Positions 1-8,031 of a stretch of DNA of 64,000 nucleotides are shown in pieces (position 1 is the first letter of the stretch; the number at the start of each line of letters is the position of its first letter). The translations under genes were made by a program, and so were the position numbers. The stretch spans positions 241,662-305,661 of the forward strand of contig CP060230.1 in NCBI GenBank assembly GCA_023898605.1, written 5' to 3'. Under the pieces are notes generated by a model. The model was not told where the DNA came from. It did no database searches and saw only the letters and a program-made list of their open reading frames with translations. Origin of the DNA: Candidatus Nomurabacteria bacterium (GTDB taxonomy: Bacteria > Patescibacteriota > Minisyncoccia > Phycocordibacterales > UBA9973).

Positions 1-859
1 AGTCAAAGAACTAGAAGCACGAGGTATAGGTAGACCGTCTACATACGCATCTATTATGAAAACTCTAGAAGATAGAGGTTATGTAACAAAAGAAGGTAGA
101 ACGCTATTCCCTACAGATACTGGAGATGTCGTTTCTACATTTCTAGAAAACAACTTTACAGAATACATATCTGACACATTTACAGCAGAAATGGAAGACG
201 AATTAGACGAAATCGCAGACGGAAAAAGAGAGTACGAAAAAACCCTAGCAGACTTCTATGGTCCATTTACAAAAGAAATAAAAGAAAAAGACAAACTAGA
301 AAAAATCACAAACCTTGGTGACGCTCCAAAAGAGTTTCCTTGTCCAGAATGTAACGCTCCGATGATCATAAAACTCGGAAAAAATGGAAGATTCATGTCA
401 TGTTCCAGATTCCCTGACTGTGCCGGGGCCAGAACAATAGAAGGAAAAATAATGGAAGGACCAAAAGAGATAGGAGAACCTTGTCCGGAATGTGGAGAAA
501 AACATGGAGGAAAACTTGTAATAAGAGAAGGTAGATTCGGAATGTTTATTTCTTGTTCAAGATATCCAAAATGTAAATTCATAAAAGAAGACGAGGAAGA
601 AAAGAAAAAGAAAATGACAGGTGTAGAGTGTCCGGTTTGTAAAAAGGGTGAAATGATGGAACGACGCGGAAGATTTGGAGTATTTTATTCTTGTAGCAAT
701 TATCCAGATTGTAAAAACGCTATCAAGGCAAAGCCAACTGGAAACATATGTCCAATATGCAACTCGCTAATGATGCAAGGCACGAAAACGATTCCAGAAC
801 GTTGTAGTAATAACAAGTGTCCAAATCATCGTCCTGATAAATTAAACAAAGTTAATTAG
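1..859 (+). CDS. topA: DNA topoisomerase I, C-terminal part (5'-partial; gene begins upstream of window)
   Basis: Frame is open from position 2. Translation contains the GIGRPSTYASI TopA motif, followed by several Cys4 zinc-ribbon repeats (CPECNAPM...CSRFPDC, CPECGEKH...CSRYPKC, CPVCKKG...CSNYPDC, CPICNS). Confidence 0.85.
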   Translation, partial: VKELEARGIGRPSTYASIMKTLEDRGYVTKEGRTLFPTDTGDVVSTFLENNFTEYISDTFTAEMEDELDEIADGKREYEKTLADFYGPFTKEIKEKDKLEKITNLGDAPKEFPCPECNAPMIIKLGKNGRFMSCSRFPDCAGARTIEGKIMEGPKEIGEPCPECGEKHGGKLVIREGRFGMFISCSRYPKCKFIKEDEEEKKKKMTGVECPVCKKGEMMERRGRFGVFYSCSNYPDCKNAIKAKPTGNICPICNSLMMQGTKTIPERCSNNKCPNHRPDKLNKVN

Positions 860-903
860 TGCCGAAGTCCCGTATCAAATTGAATTATATTTAATATTCA
901 ATT

Positions 904-990
904 TTGGTACCGGGAGAAGGCACAAAGACTATTCCAGAAAGATGTAGCAACAAAGCATGCCCGATGCACAATCCTCACAAAATGAAAAAG
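904..990 (+). pseudogene. Diverged duplicate of the last ~25 codons of topA (GTKTIPERCSNKACPMHNPHK vs GTKTIPERCSNNKCPNHRPDK)
   Basis: About 70% nucleotide identity with 771-859. It lies directly 3' of the topA stop codon and ends in the terminator hairpin. Confidence 0.4.
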
Positions 991-1013
991 CCCGCAATGC
1001 GGCGGGCTTTTGG
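987..1013. terminator. Rho-independent terminator shared by convergent genes (gcccgc-aatgcg-gcgggc followed by a T-run)
   Basis: Perfect 6-bp GC stem plus U tract between topA (+) and the minus-strand ORF that ends at 1014. Confidence 0.6.
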
Positions 1014-1793
1014 TCAATCAATTTCGTACTCAACACCGAAAGTAAAACTTTCGCGATTGATTTTTCTTGAATATCTACCAAAAACAATATTTACGCATAG
1101 ATACTGTATATTATCGGTCGATACGTAAAGGTTGGTGCATGGCAAATCTCCAATGATGGTTATTATAACGACTTCCCCAATCCCGCGGATAGAAAGTGAT
1201 ATTTTGTCTATATCAGAAAGATCAGCAATCTTTTTCTCCATTGGTCTTTCTTTTATCTTAAACACATTGATAGCTTGCCTAACAATCCTTCCAGATGAAT
1301 CCAAGACTTCTACGTGTATATCTTCCTCAGGATGTAAAATTTTTAGAAACGATCGAAATCCTGGTCGATACAATAGATCTTTTGATTGATCATTTCCGTA
1401 AATCTTAATTATCTCTTTCAAAGATCTTTCATAGACAACAATGTGTCTATGAATATCGAGATTGTATGGCGGCCTGATTTCTTTTGACAAAAGATTCATT
1501 TCTATACCATCTCCATCTACAAAGGGTTCGTACACCAAAAAATCTGATTCTTTGACGAAGCCGTTTCTTGGAAATCCGTCTGGATTCTTGCCATAACACG
1601 GAAAGCAAACAAAACTTCCCCCTCTTTCTATACCATTCCCAAATTCAAAATAGGGGAAAAAAATATCAAAATTAGGAGCAGTACTCCAGTGCTCTATACA
1701 CCCCCCAACTTGTCTTACAAGAATCGAGGCCAAGCCATTTCTTATTTCCATGGTGCAATTTATTTTTCTTAAAATTACCACCAGACGTAACAA
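1014..1793 (-). CDS. hypothetical protein (possible true start at internal Met, MEIRNG, ~1752)
   Basis: Long ORF with no recognisable motif. Convergent with topA and sharing its terminator. Confidence 0.45.
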   Translation of the reverse strand: MLRLVVILRKINCTMEIRNGLASILVRQVGGCIEHWSTAPNFDIFFPYFEFGNGIERGGSFVCFPCYGKNPDGFPRNGFVKESDFLVYEPFVDGDGIEMNLLSKEIRPPYNLDIHRHIVVYERSLKEIIKIYGNDQSKDLLYRPGFRSFLKILHPEEDIHVEVLDSSGRIVRQAINVFKIKERPMEKKIADLSDIDKISLSIRGIGEVVIITIIGDLPCTNLYVSTDNIQYLCVNIVFGRYSRKINRESFTFGVEYEID

Positions 1794-1833
1794 AAATCAA
1801 CAAAAATCGTTTGTTTACTAAAAAACTCTTTTA

Positions 1834-3333
1834 GTGCATACTTTAGTTGTGAAAGAAAATTTCAATCCGCAGGTTGGTGATATATACAACCTGATGAAAG
1901 AAAAACCAAAAGGAGAAGAAAAAACCTTGATCAAAAAGGCTTTTGATTTCGCCGAAAGTGCTCACGAGGGACAGTTCAGGTCTTCTGGTGATCCTTATTT
2001 TGTACACGTTTTTGAAACTGCAAAAAACCTCGCACGATATGAAATGGACGCTACAACAATAGCAGCAGGACTACTCCACGACGTCATGGAAGATACAGAA
2101 ATATCGGCAAAAGAAATAGAAAAAGAGTTTGGAAAAGAAATTCTAGGACTACTAGAAGGCGTAACAAAACTTGGAAAAATAAAATACCGCGGAGAAGAAA
2201 GACACGTAGAGAGTTTAAGAAAGTTTTTCGTAGCTGTCGCCAAGGACTTCCGAGTTCTGGTTATAAAACTTGCAGACAGACTACACAATCTAAAAACACT
2301 AGAATATGTAAAACCAGAAAAACAACAACGCATAGCCCTAGAGTCACTGGAAGTCTATGCCCCGCTTGCCAACCGCTTTGGTATCGGAAAACTAAAAGGA
2401 GAGATAGAGGACGCAGCATTTCCTTTTGCATATCCAGAAGAATACAAAAAAACAGTAAAAATATTTGAAGAAAAATCTGCAACAAGCGAAAAGAGACTCA
2501 AAAAAATAGACCGTGATATCAAAAAGCTTCTTTCCGAAAACGATATCAAGTACCTCAAAATAGATTACAGAGTAAAACACAAATATTCTCTTTGGAAGAA
2601 AATAAAAAGATACAAGGGTGATGTAGAAAGAATTTACGACATCATGGCGCTCAGAGTCATTGTAGACAGCATAGAAGACTGTTATAGAGTCTTGGGCCTA
2701 GTTCATAGCAAGTGGACACCACTACCTGGAAGAATCAAGGATTATATTGCTCTCCCTAAACCAAACGGTTACCAGTCGCTACACACAACTATTTTTACAG
2801 GAGATGGAGAAATAGCCGAAATACAAATACGAACTCTAGAAATGCACGGTAGAGCAGAATACGGTATCGCATCACACTTCGCATACAAAGAAAGACAAAA
2901 TCTAAAAAAGAAGAGTCGGGAAAACAAATTCAATTGGGTCAAAGAAGTTGCAGAAAAAGACGAAGAAACAAAAAGTCACAAAGACTTCCTTTCTACAATC
3001 AAGATGGATGCTTTCAATGATAGAATATTCGTCTTTACTCCAAAAGGCTCTGTCATAGATCTGCCAGAAGGATCTTGTTCTATAGACTTTGCGTACGCTG
3101 TGCACTCAGACATAGGAGACAAAACTTCTAGCGCAAAAGTAAACGGAAAAATGATTTCTATATACGAACCTCTAAAATCTGGAGACATAGTAGAAATAAT
3201 CACAAACAAAAAATCTCACCCTACAAGTAAGTGGCTAGATCATGCAAAAACAACAATGGCAAAAAAGCACATAAACGCCTACCTCAAAGACAACTCTTTG
3301 CTACAAAAATTCCTAAGTTTTGGGAGAAAATAA
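1834..3333 (+). CDS. rel: bifunctional (p)ppGpp synthetase/hydrolase, short Rel/SpoT homolog (HD + RelA_SpoT + TGS; no ACT domain)
   Basis: HD motif (HEGQFRSSGDPYFVHV...LLHDVMEDT), synthetase region (YDIMALRVIV...YQSLHTTIF...IQIRTLEMH), TGS (RIFVFTPKGSVIDLPEGS). GTG start. Confidence 0.85.
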   Translation: MHTLVVKENFNPQVGDIYNLMKEKPKGEEKTLIKKAFDFAESAHEGQFRSSGDPYFVHVFETAKNLARYEMDATTIAAGLLHDVMEDTEISAKEIEKEFGKEILGLLEGVTKLGKIKYRGEERHVESLRKFFVAVAKDFRVLVIKLADRLHNLKTLEYVKPEKQQRIALESLEVYAPLANRFGIGKLKGEIEDAAFPFAYPEEYKKTVKIFEEKSATSEKRLKKIDRDIKKLLSENDIKYLKIDYRVKHKYSLWKKIKRYKGDVERIYDIMALRVIVDSIEDCYRVLGLVHSKWTPLPGRIKDYIALPKPNGYQSLHTTIFTGDGEIAEIQIRTLEMHGRAEYGIASHFAYKERQNLKKKSRENKFNWVKEVAEKDEETKSHKDFLSTIKMDAFNDRIFVFTPKGSVIDLPEGSCSIDFAYAVHSDIGDKTSSAKVNGKMISIYEPLKSGDIVEIITNKKSHPTSKWLDHAKTTMAKKHINAYLKDNSLLQKFLSFGRK

Positions 3334-3334
3334 A

Positions 3335-4390
3335 CTAAAGTGAAAAATTAGAAAGATCATAAAGATCTTGATCGTCTTCTTTTTTCTTTTCTTCTTCGGA
3401 TCGATCATCCATTTGCTCTATAGTTTCATCTTGTGTATTTTCGGAAACTTCTTCTTTTGGCTCATCTGTAACTTCCATCTTTTCTTCAAACTTTTTGAGC
3501 ATTTCATAAGGATCTTTTTTGTCTTTGGTCGAAAGCATTTCTAGAATCATAGACAAGTCTTCGTTGGTGAAGAAATCTATTTCTATCTTGCCACCATTGG
3601 CTCTTTTTTCTATATGAACTCTTGTGCCTAGAGCGTCTTGGAACTTTTGTTCCATTTCACCTATCTCCGGATCGATTATGTATTCTTTCTTTCTAACCTT
3701 GTCGTTGGCAACGCTTCTGGCAATTTTTTCAGCTTCTCTAACAGTTATCTTTTTGTAAATTATTTCTTTGAACAAAACAGTTTGCTCCTCTGGTCTATCA
3801 GAAAGCATAAGAAGGGGTCTTGTGTGACCTTCGGAGATCTTACCCTCAGAAAGCGCATCCAAGATTTCTTGTGGCATAGATAGAAGTCTGAGTGTATTGG
3901 AAACATAAACTCTACTTTTTCCAACCTTCTTCCCTATCTCTGCGTGAGTAAACTTGAACTCGTCTTGTAGTCGCAAAAACGCTCTCGCTCTATCTACTGG
4001 ATTTAGATCTTCTCTTTGTAAGTTCTCGATTATAGCCAGTTCGAGCTTCATCATACTGTCGTCTCCAACTCTTATGATTACTGGAACTTCTTGTAGTCCT
4101 GCTTTTTTAGAAGCTCTCAGTCTTCTTTCACCAGCAATTAGTTCATACTCTGTAACTAGTCCACCTTCTATCGTTTCCTTTTCTATTCTAGAAACAACAA
4201 GTGGCTGAAGCACACCGTATTGTCTTATAGAGTCTGCCAAATCTTCCAGAGCTTTTTCATCAAATTCTCTTCTTGGCTGATAAGGGTTAGGATAGATTTT
4301 GTTTACATCTATAAAAAATATTGAGTTCTCGTATTTTCCTTGCATAATTTTTTCTTGATAATACTGATTGTAGCAGAAAATGGCTCTCAA
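3335..4390 (-). CDS. parB: ParB/Spo0J-like partition protein with long acidic C-terminal tail
   Basis: ParB N-terminal domain (NPYQPR...GVLQPLVV...GERRLRA). True start may be the MQGKYEN Met (~4345). Confidence 0.8.
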   Translation of the reverse strand: MRAIFCYNQYYQEKIMQGKYENSIFFIDVNKIYPNPYQPRREFDEKALEDLADSIRQYGVLQPLVVSRIEKETIEGGLVTEYELIAGERRLRASKKAGLQEVPVIIRVGDDSMMKLELAIIENLQREDLNPVDRARAFLRLQDEFKFTHAEIGKKVGKSRVYVSNTLRLLSMPQEILDALSEGKISEGHTRPLLMLSDRPEEQTVLFKEIIYKKITVREAEKIARSVANDKVRKKEYIIDPEIGEMEQKFQDALGTRVHIEKRANGGKIEIDFFTNEDLSMILEMLSTKDKKDPYEMLKKFEEKMEVTDEPKEEVSENTQDETIEQMDDRSEEEKKKEDDQDLYDLSNFSL

Positions 4391-4439
4391 AAAAACTTTA
4401 ATTATTAACTAAATTGTGATATAAAAGTCATACCAAACG

Positions 4440-4510
4440 CCCGGGTGGCGGAACTTGCCCCGCCTGAAATAGGCGGGGTTAAGTAGACCGAAGAGACTCC
4501 CGCCCACCTT
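4440..4510 (+). pseudogene. tRNA-Leu-like 5' fragment (gcccgggtggcggaa) carrying a 21-nt hairpin insertion (ccccgcc-tgaaata-ggcgggg); not a foldable tRNA
   Basis: First 15 nt match the acceptor/D-arm start of the adjacent tRNA-Leu(CAA). The rest lacks anticodon and T arms. Confidence 0.4.
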
Positions 4511-4568
4511 GACTTTGTTGGTTATAAATATCAAATACATACAAGAAGTATTAAAATTAATTTGTGTT

Positions 4569-4650
4569 TGCCGCGGTGGCGGAATTGGTAGACGCGCACG
4601 ACTCAAAATCGTGTGAGGCAACTCATGAGGGTTCGATTCCCTCCCGCGGC
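4569..4650 (+). tRNA. tRNA-Leu(CAA)
   Basis: Acceptor gccgcgg/ccgcggc, D-arm GCGGAAUUGGUAGAC, anticodon loop cuCAAaa, long variable arm, T-arm gagggTTCGATTccctc. Confidence 0.85.
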
Positions 4651-4684
4651 ACAAATATAAAACAGTCAAGACAAAGTCGGGCAG

Positions 4685-4732
4685 GCAAAATCGTGTGAGG
4701 CAACTCATGAGGGTTCGATTCCCTCCCCGGGC
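4685..4732 (+). repeat. Direct duplicate of the 3' half of tRNA-Leu(CAA) (anticodon loop to acceptor end), with the acceptor changed to ccccgggc
   Basis: About 45 nt identical to 4607-4650, lying 35 nt downstream of the intact tRNA. Confidence 0.7.
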
Positions 4733-4738
4733 ACAAAA

Positions 4739-4762
4739 AAACAGCGCTTTTTAAGCGCTGCT
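4739..4762. terminator. Bidirectional terminator hairpin (cagcgc-tttttaa-gcgctg)
   Basis: Palindrome plus A/T tracts between the tRNA cluster (+) and the minus-strand ORF ending at 4751. Confidence 0.5.
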
Positions 4763-4990
4763 GTCATTTCCTTGTTTTTCACGATAACCATTCATCTCTT
4801 GTTCAAAGATGAGATCTATATCGGCCATACCAGAAACATTTGTCGCGAGTCTTTTCGCTAAACGAAAAGCAAGTTCTATTGCTTCAATTTCTTTTTCTCT
4901 GCCGGGTATCTGCGGAACACTGGCGACTCTGTGCTCTTTTATGGGATCAAGAAACGTATCAACTCGGAACTTATTGCCCTGATCAACCAT
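4751..4990 (-). CDS. hypothetical small protein (79 aa)
   Basis: ORF with clean flanks. No recognised motif. Confidence 0.4.
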   Translation of the reverse strand: MVDQGNKFRVDTFLDPIKEHRVASVPQIPGREKEIEAIELAFRLAKRLATNVSGMADIDLIFEQEMNGYREKQGNDSSA

Positions 4991-5075
4991 GTTTTTCGTT
5001 TTTTACGATACTACCTCAAAAATAGAATTTTAGCAAAACATAGAAAAAGATTTCTAGATATGCTTTACTACCCAT

Positions 5076-5909
5076 ATGAAAAAACCATTTGTTATATCAA
5101 TAGTTGGACCAACTTCTTCTGGAAAGACTGGTTTTTCTATAGAACTAGCAAAAAAACTAAAAAAGATAGGCATAAACTCCGAGATAGTTTCTGCTGACTC
5201 AAGACAAGTATACAAGGGTCTTGATTTACTTTCTGGTAAAGTCACAAAGAAAGAAATGTCTGGGGTCCCTCATCACATGCTAGATGTAGCAAATCCAAAA
5301 AAAACTTATTCTGTTTCGCTTTACAAAAAAGATGCTGAAAGAAAAATAAACGAAATTCTTTCAAGAGGAAACTTACCTATAATAGTAGGAGGAACAGGAT
5401 TTTATATAGACGCAATAACAAAAGGCGTGGTGCTACCTCAAGTAGCGCCAGACAAAAACTTGCGAGATAAGCTTTCTAATAAAACTGAAAAAGAGCTATT
5501 CTCTATGCTCAAAAAATTGGACAAAAACAGGGCAGAGACAATCGATTTCAAAAACAAAGTTAGACTAATAAGAGCCATAGAAATAGCAAACTCTATAGGC
5601 AAAGTTCCCAAGACAAAATCTAATCCGAGATACGAAGTAGAAACTATATATTTAGATTTAGAAGATGGTGTTTTGAAAGAAAAAATAAAACAAAGGATTA
5701 TTTCTAGAATAAAATCAGGAATGATAAAAGAAGCAGAAAACTTACACAAAAAAGGCCTTTCTTGGAAAAGGATGGAAGGGCTTGGTCTTGAGTGTAGGTT
5801 TGTTTCTCAATATCTACAAGGAAAAATATCAAAACAAGAAATGATAGAGTCCCTAGAAAAAGCTACTTGGCAATACGTCAAACGTCAAAGAACTTGGTTT
5901 AAGAGATAA
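5076..5909 (+). CDS. miaA: tRNA dimethylallyltransferase
   Basis: P-loop GPTSSGKT. SADSRQVYKGLDLLSGKVT motif typical of MiaA. Confidence 0.85.
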   Translation: MKKPFVISIVGPTSSGKTGFSIELAKKLKKIGINSEIVSADSRQVYKGLDLLSGKVTKKEMSGVPHHMLDVANPKKTYSVSLYKKDAERKINEILSRGNLPIIVGGTGFYIDAITKGVVLPQVAPDKNLRDKLSNKTEKELFSMLKKLDKNRAETIDFKNKVRLIRAIEIANSIGKVPKTKSNPRYEVETIYLDLEDGVLKEKIKQRIISRIKSGMIKEAENLHKKGLSWKRMEGLGLECRFVSQYLQGKISKQEMIESLEKATWQYVKRQRTWFKR

Positions 5910-5911
5910 AA

Positions 5912-6325
5912 TTATTTTGTGCAAAAATAAGATCCATATTCATGTATACACTCTTTAAATTTTTTCAAAGTGGAGTCTATTTCCTCCTTAGAATAATATG
6001 TATTTGAAACTTCATTAACTTTATCAATATATCTTTTATAACCATCACCTCTATTATAAGCATAATCAACGACTATAAAAACTGCAATCGCAGTAAGTGC
6101 TATAGCAATACCGGTCGTTAAATTAAGCATCTTATTACTATAGCCGTCCATTCTATTTTCAAAATTATTGTATCGCCTTTCAAGGTTATTATATTCATAT
6201 TCTAAGTTACTAAATTTTTCATTTAGTTCTTTGTTTGTATAATTAGCTTTCTTTATAACTACTTTATTAGACGATTGATTACTTAAATCATTTTTTATTT
6301 CTATTGTCATTTTATGATTTTTCAA
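5912..6325 (-). CDS. hypothetical coiled-coil protein with C-proximal transmembrane helix
   Basis: Asn/Glu-rich heptads and the TM segment GIAIALTAIAVFIVV. Confidence 0.45.
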   Translation of the reverse strand: MKNHKMTIEIKNDLSNQSSNKVVIKKANYTNKELNEKFSNLEYEYNNLERRYNNFENRMDGYSNKMLNLTTGIAIALTAIAVFIVVDYAYNRGDGYKRYIDKVNEVSNTYYSKEEIDSTLKKFKECIHEYGSYFCTK

Positions 6326-6692
6326 CTAAAGTAAGGTAGTTTTCTTCTTCCATTTGATAACCTCCAACTTTTATATTAATTTTATATTTTGTAAAATCTT
6401 CAAACTTAATATTATCAAAATAAGTTATTAGAATATTTCCGTCATCATTTTCAATAGAAATTTCAGATTTTGCTGTTCCAATAACTCTATTGTTTTTTGT
6501 GTTTTGTATCTCTATTTCTTCTATAAACTTTCCTTCTTTACTTGAGGTAATATGCGTTACAACAAAAAATGGTTTGTAGTTGATAGGAACTTCACTACTT
6601 GTTATTGTAGTAAAAATATTTATAAGACTATATTTTCCAGAATTGTCATGTATAAAGTTTTCACATACTTGTAAAGATTTTAATTTAAACAT
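6312..6692 (-). CDS. hypothetical protein
   Basis: ORF overlapping the downstream gene by 14 nt (operon-like). Confidence 0.4.
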   Translation of the reverse strand: MFKLKSLQVCENFIHDNSGKYSLINIFTTITSSEVPINYKPFFVVTHITSSKEGKFIEEIEIQNTKNNRVIGTAKSEISIENDDGNILITYFDNIKFEDFTKYKINIKVGGYQMEEENYLTLVEKS

Positions 6693-6736
6693 AAAAGTAA
6701 TATTATAAATTTTAATAAAGAAATAATTTATATTTC

Positions 6737-6809
6737 GGCGGGCGATGAAGGAATCGAACCCTCGCCAGCGGTTTTGGAGACCGCTGTTCTGCCACTAAAC
6801 TAATCGCCC
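6737..6809 (-). tRNA. tRNA-Trp(CCA)
   Basis: Reverse complement folds: acceptor gggcgau/aucgccc, anticodon loop cuCCAaa, T-arm gaggGTTCGATTcc. Confidence 0.85.
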
Positions 6810-6810
6810 T

Positions 6811-6910
6811 AAAACATTTTGTCTTACAAAATGTTCGGGCGACCTTTATTTATAAAGGTTTAGCCCGAACAATAAAGATACTATAGCAAAATAGCCCCGA
6901 TTGGGCTACT
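6811..6910 (-). promoter_or_regulatory. Three consecutive hairpins between rpmG and tRNA-Trp (aacattttg/caaaatgtt; nested gttcgggc...gcccgaac around acctttat/ataaaggt; tagccc/gggcta)
   Basis: Perfect inverted repeats read directly. Possible processing or termination signals in an rpmG-tRNA-Trp transcript. Confidence 0.3.
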
Positions 6911-6917
6911 TTTACTT

Positions 6918-7076
6918 TTATTTCTTTTGCTCTTTGTGAAGAGTGTTCTTATTACACCATTTACAGTACTTTTTCAGTTCAAGCTTATTTTGAAGTATTT
7001 TCTTGTTTTTGCTTGACCAGTAGTTTATTCTTTTGCAATCTCCGCAAGCAAGCTTAAATAATCTATCTTGTGACAT
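6918..7076 (-). CDS. rpmG: 50S ribosomal protein L33 (52 aa; absent from the ORF track because it is under 60 aa)
   Basis: Manual translation MSQDRLFKLACGDCKRINYWSSKNKKILQNKLELKKYCKWCNKNTLHKEQKK: Cys4 L33 fold (C..C...C..C) and conserved LELKKYC. Confidence 0.8.
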   Translation of the reverse strand: MSQDRLFKLACGDCKRINYWSSKNKKILQNKLELKKYCKWCNKNTLHKEQKK

Positions 7077-7116
7077 ATAGGGGCTATAATACCAGAATCT
7101 CGACCGATTGCAAGGG

Positions 7117-7656
7117 CTAATCCTTCCACTTTATATTCTTCTCTTCCCTAGCCTGGCAAACATTGTTCACAAACAAAACCCTTCCGGAACCCTCTTTGTA
7201 TAAGCCATATCTTACTGGATTTTTATCAGCATAGTTCTGGTGATAGTCTTCTGCTACATAAAAATATGCTTTTTTTAGTACCTCTGTTGCTATAGGCTTG
7301 TCGAAAAGTCTGCTTTCTTCTAACTCTTTTATAAGAGATTCTGCTATAAACTTTTCTTCGTCTCCATCATAGTATATAGCTGTTTTGTATGAGTCACCTC
7401 TATCAAAAAACTGTCCACCAGCATCTGTTGGGTCTATATGGTCTAGAAAAAACTGACATATTTTCTTGTAGGTCACTTTTTCTTCATCATATTCTACTCT
7501 TACAGCTTCTCTATACCCGTTGTGATTTTCATAAGTAGGTGAACCTTCTTTTTCTCCCGCATAACCAGGCATCACATCTATAACACCTTCTATTTTCCTG
7601 AGATCTGCCTCTGTACACCAAAAACATCCTCCTCCCAAAATTACTTCTTTCTTCAT
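7117..7656 (-). CDS. msrA: peptide methionine sulfoxide reductase A
   Basis: N-terminal GGGCFWC catalytic motif. Confidence 0.85.
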   Translation of the reverse strand: MKKEVILGGGCFWCTEADLRKIEGVIDVMPGYAGEKEGSPTYENHNGYREAVRVEYDEEKVTYKKICQFFLDHIDPTDAGGQFFDRGDSYKTAIYYDGDEEKFIAESLIKELEESRLFDKPIATEVLKKAYFYVAEDYHQNYADKNPVRYGLYKEGSGRVLFVNNVCQAREEKNIKWKD

Positions 7657-7807
7657 ATAAAGAGATTATATCAAGTATTTGATTTTTGGTGTAAAGTTGT
7701 TATACTGTCCCTACAAAATATGCGTCCCGCACCATAGGCGGGTAAAGGTGGCAGTCTGTCCTAGACAGATAAAAAGTATAAAAATACTAAAACACTTGCA
7801 TAAATAT

Positions 7808-7891
7808 GCGTCGGTGGCAGAGTGGTCAATTGCACTTGACTGTAAATCAAGCGCCCTTAGGGCTACGTAGGTTCAAATCCTACCCGGCGCA
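7808..7891 (+). tRNA. tRNA-Tyr(GUA)
   Basis: Acceptor gcgucgg/ccggcgc (one G-U), anticodon loop cuGUAaa, long variable arm, T-arm guaggTTCAAAUccuac. Confidence 0.85.
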
Positions 7892-8004
7892 CATTAAAAA
7901 AATTCCAAATTCTTTTGGGATTTTTTTAATGCACACCATAAAAGGAATATCCTACTGTGTCCGTCCGTAGTCTTCTACGGAGGAGGACCCGGCGCACAAA
8001 AACA

Positions 8005-8030
8005 AAAAATCCCCATGAGGGGATTTTTTG
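8005..8030. terminator. Bidirectional terminator (aaaaaatcccc-atga-ggggatttttt)
   Basis: Perfect hairpin flanked by A- and T-runs, between tRNA-Tyr (+) and clpB (-). Confidence 0.65.
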
Positions 8031-8031
8031 T

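Noticed and set aside
4409-4708. 99-aa minus-strand ORF
   Set aside because: Covers the tRNA-Leu(CAA) gene and its flanking tRNA fragments. Translation is low-complexity (PPP, RR).
4440-4732. Single tRNA-Leu gene split by a ~230-nt insertion (5' gcccggg at 4440 pairing with cccgggc at 4725)
   Set aside because: The acceptor sequences are palindromic (cccggg), so the pairing is not diagnostic. The intervening segment contains a complete, foldable tRNA-Leu(CAA). The 5' piece lacks positions 16-33. Treated as flanking fragments instead.
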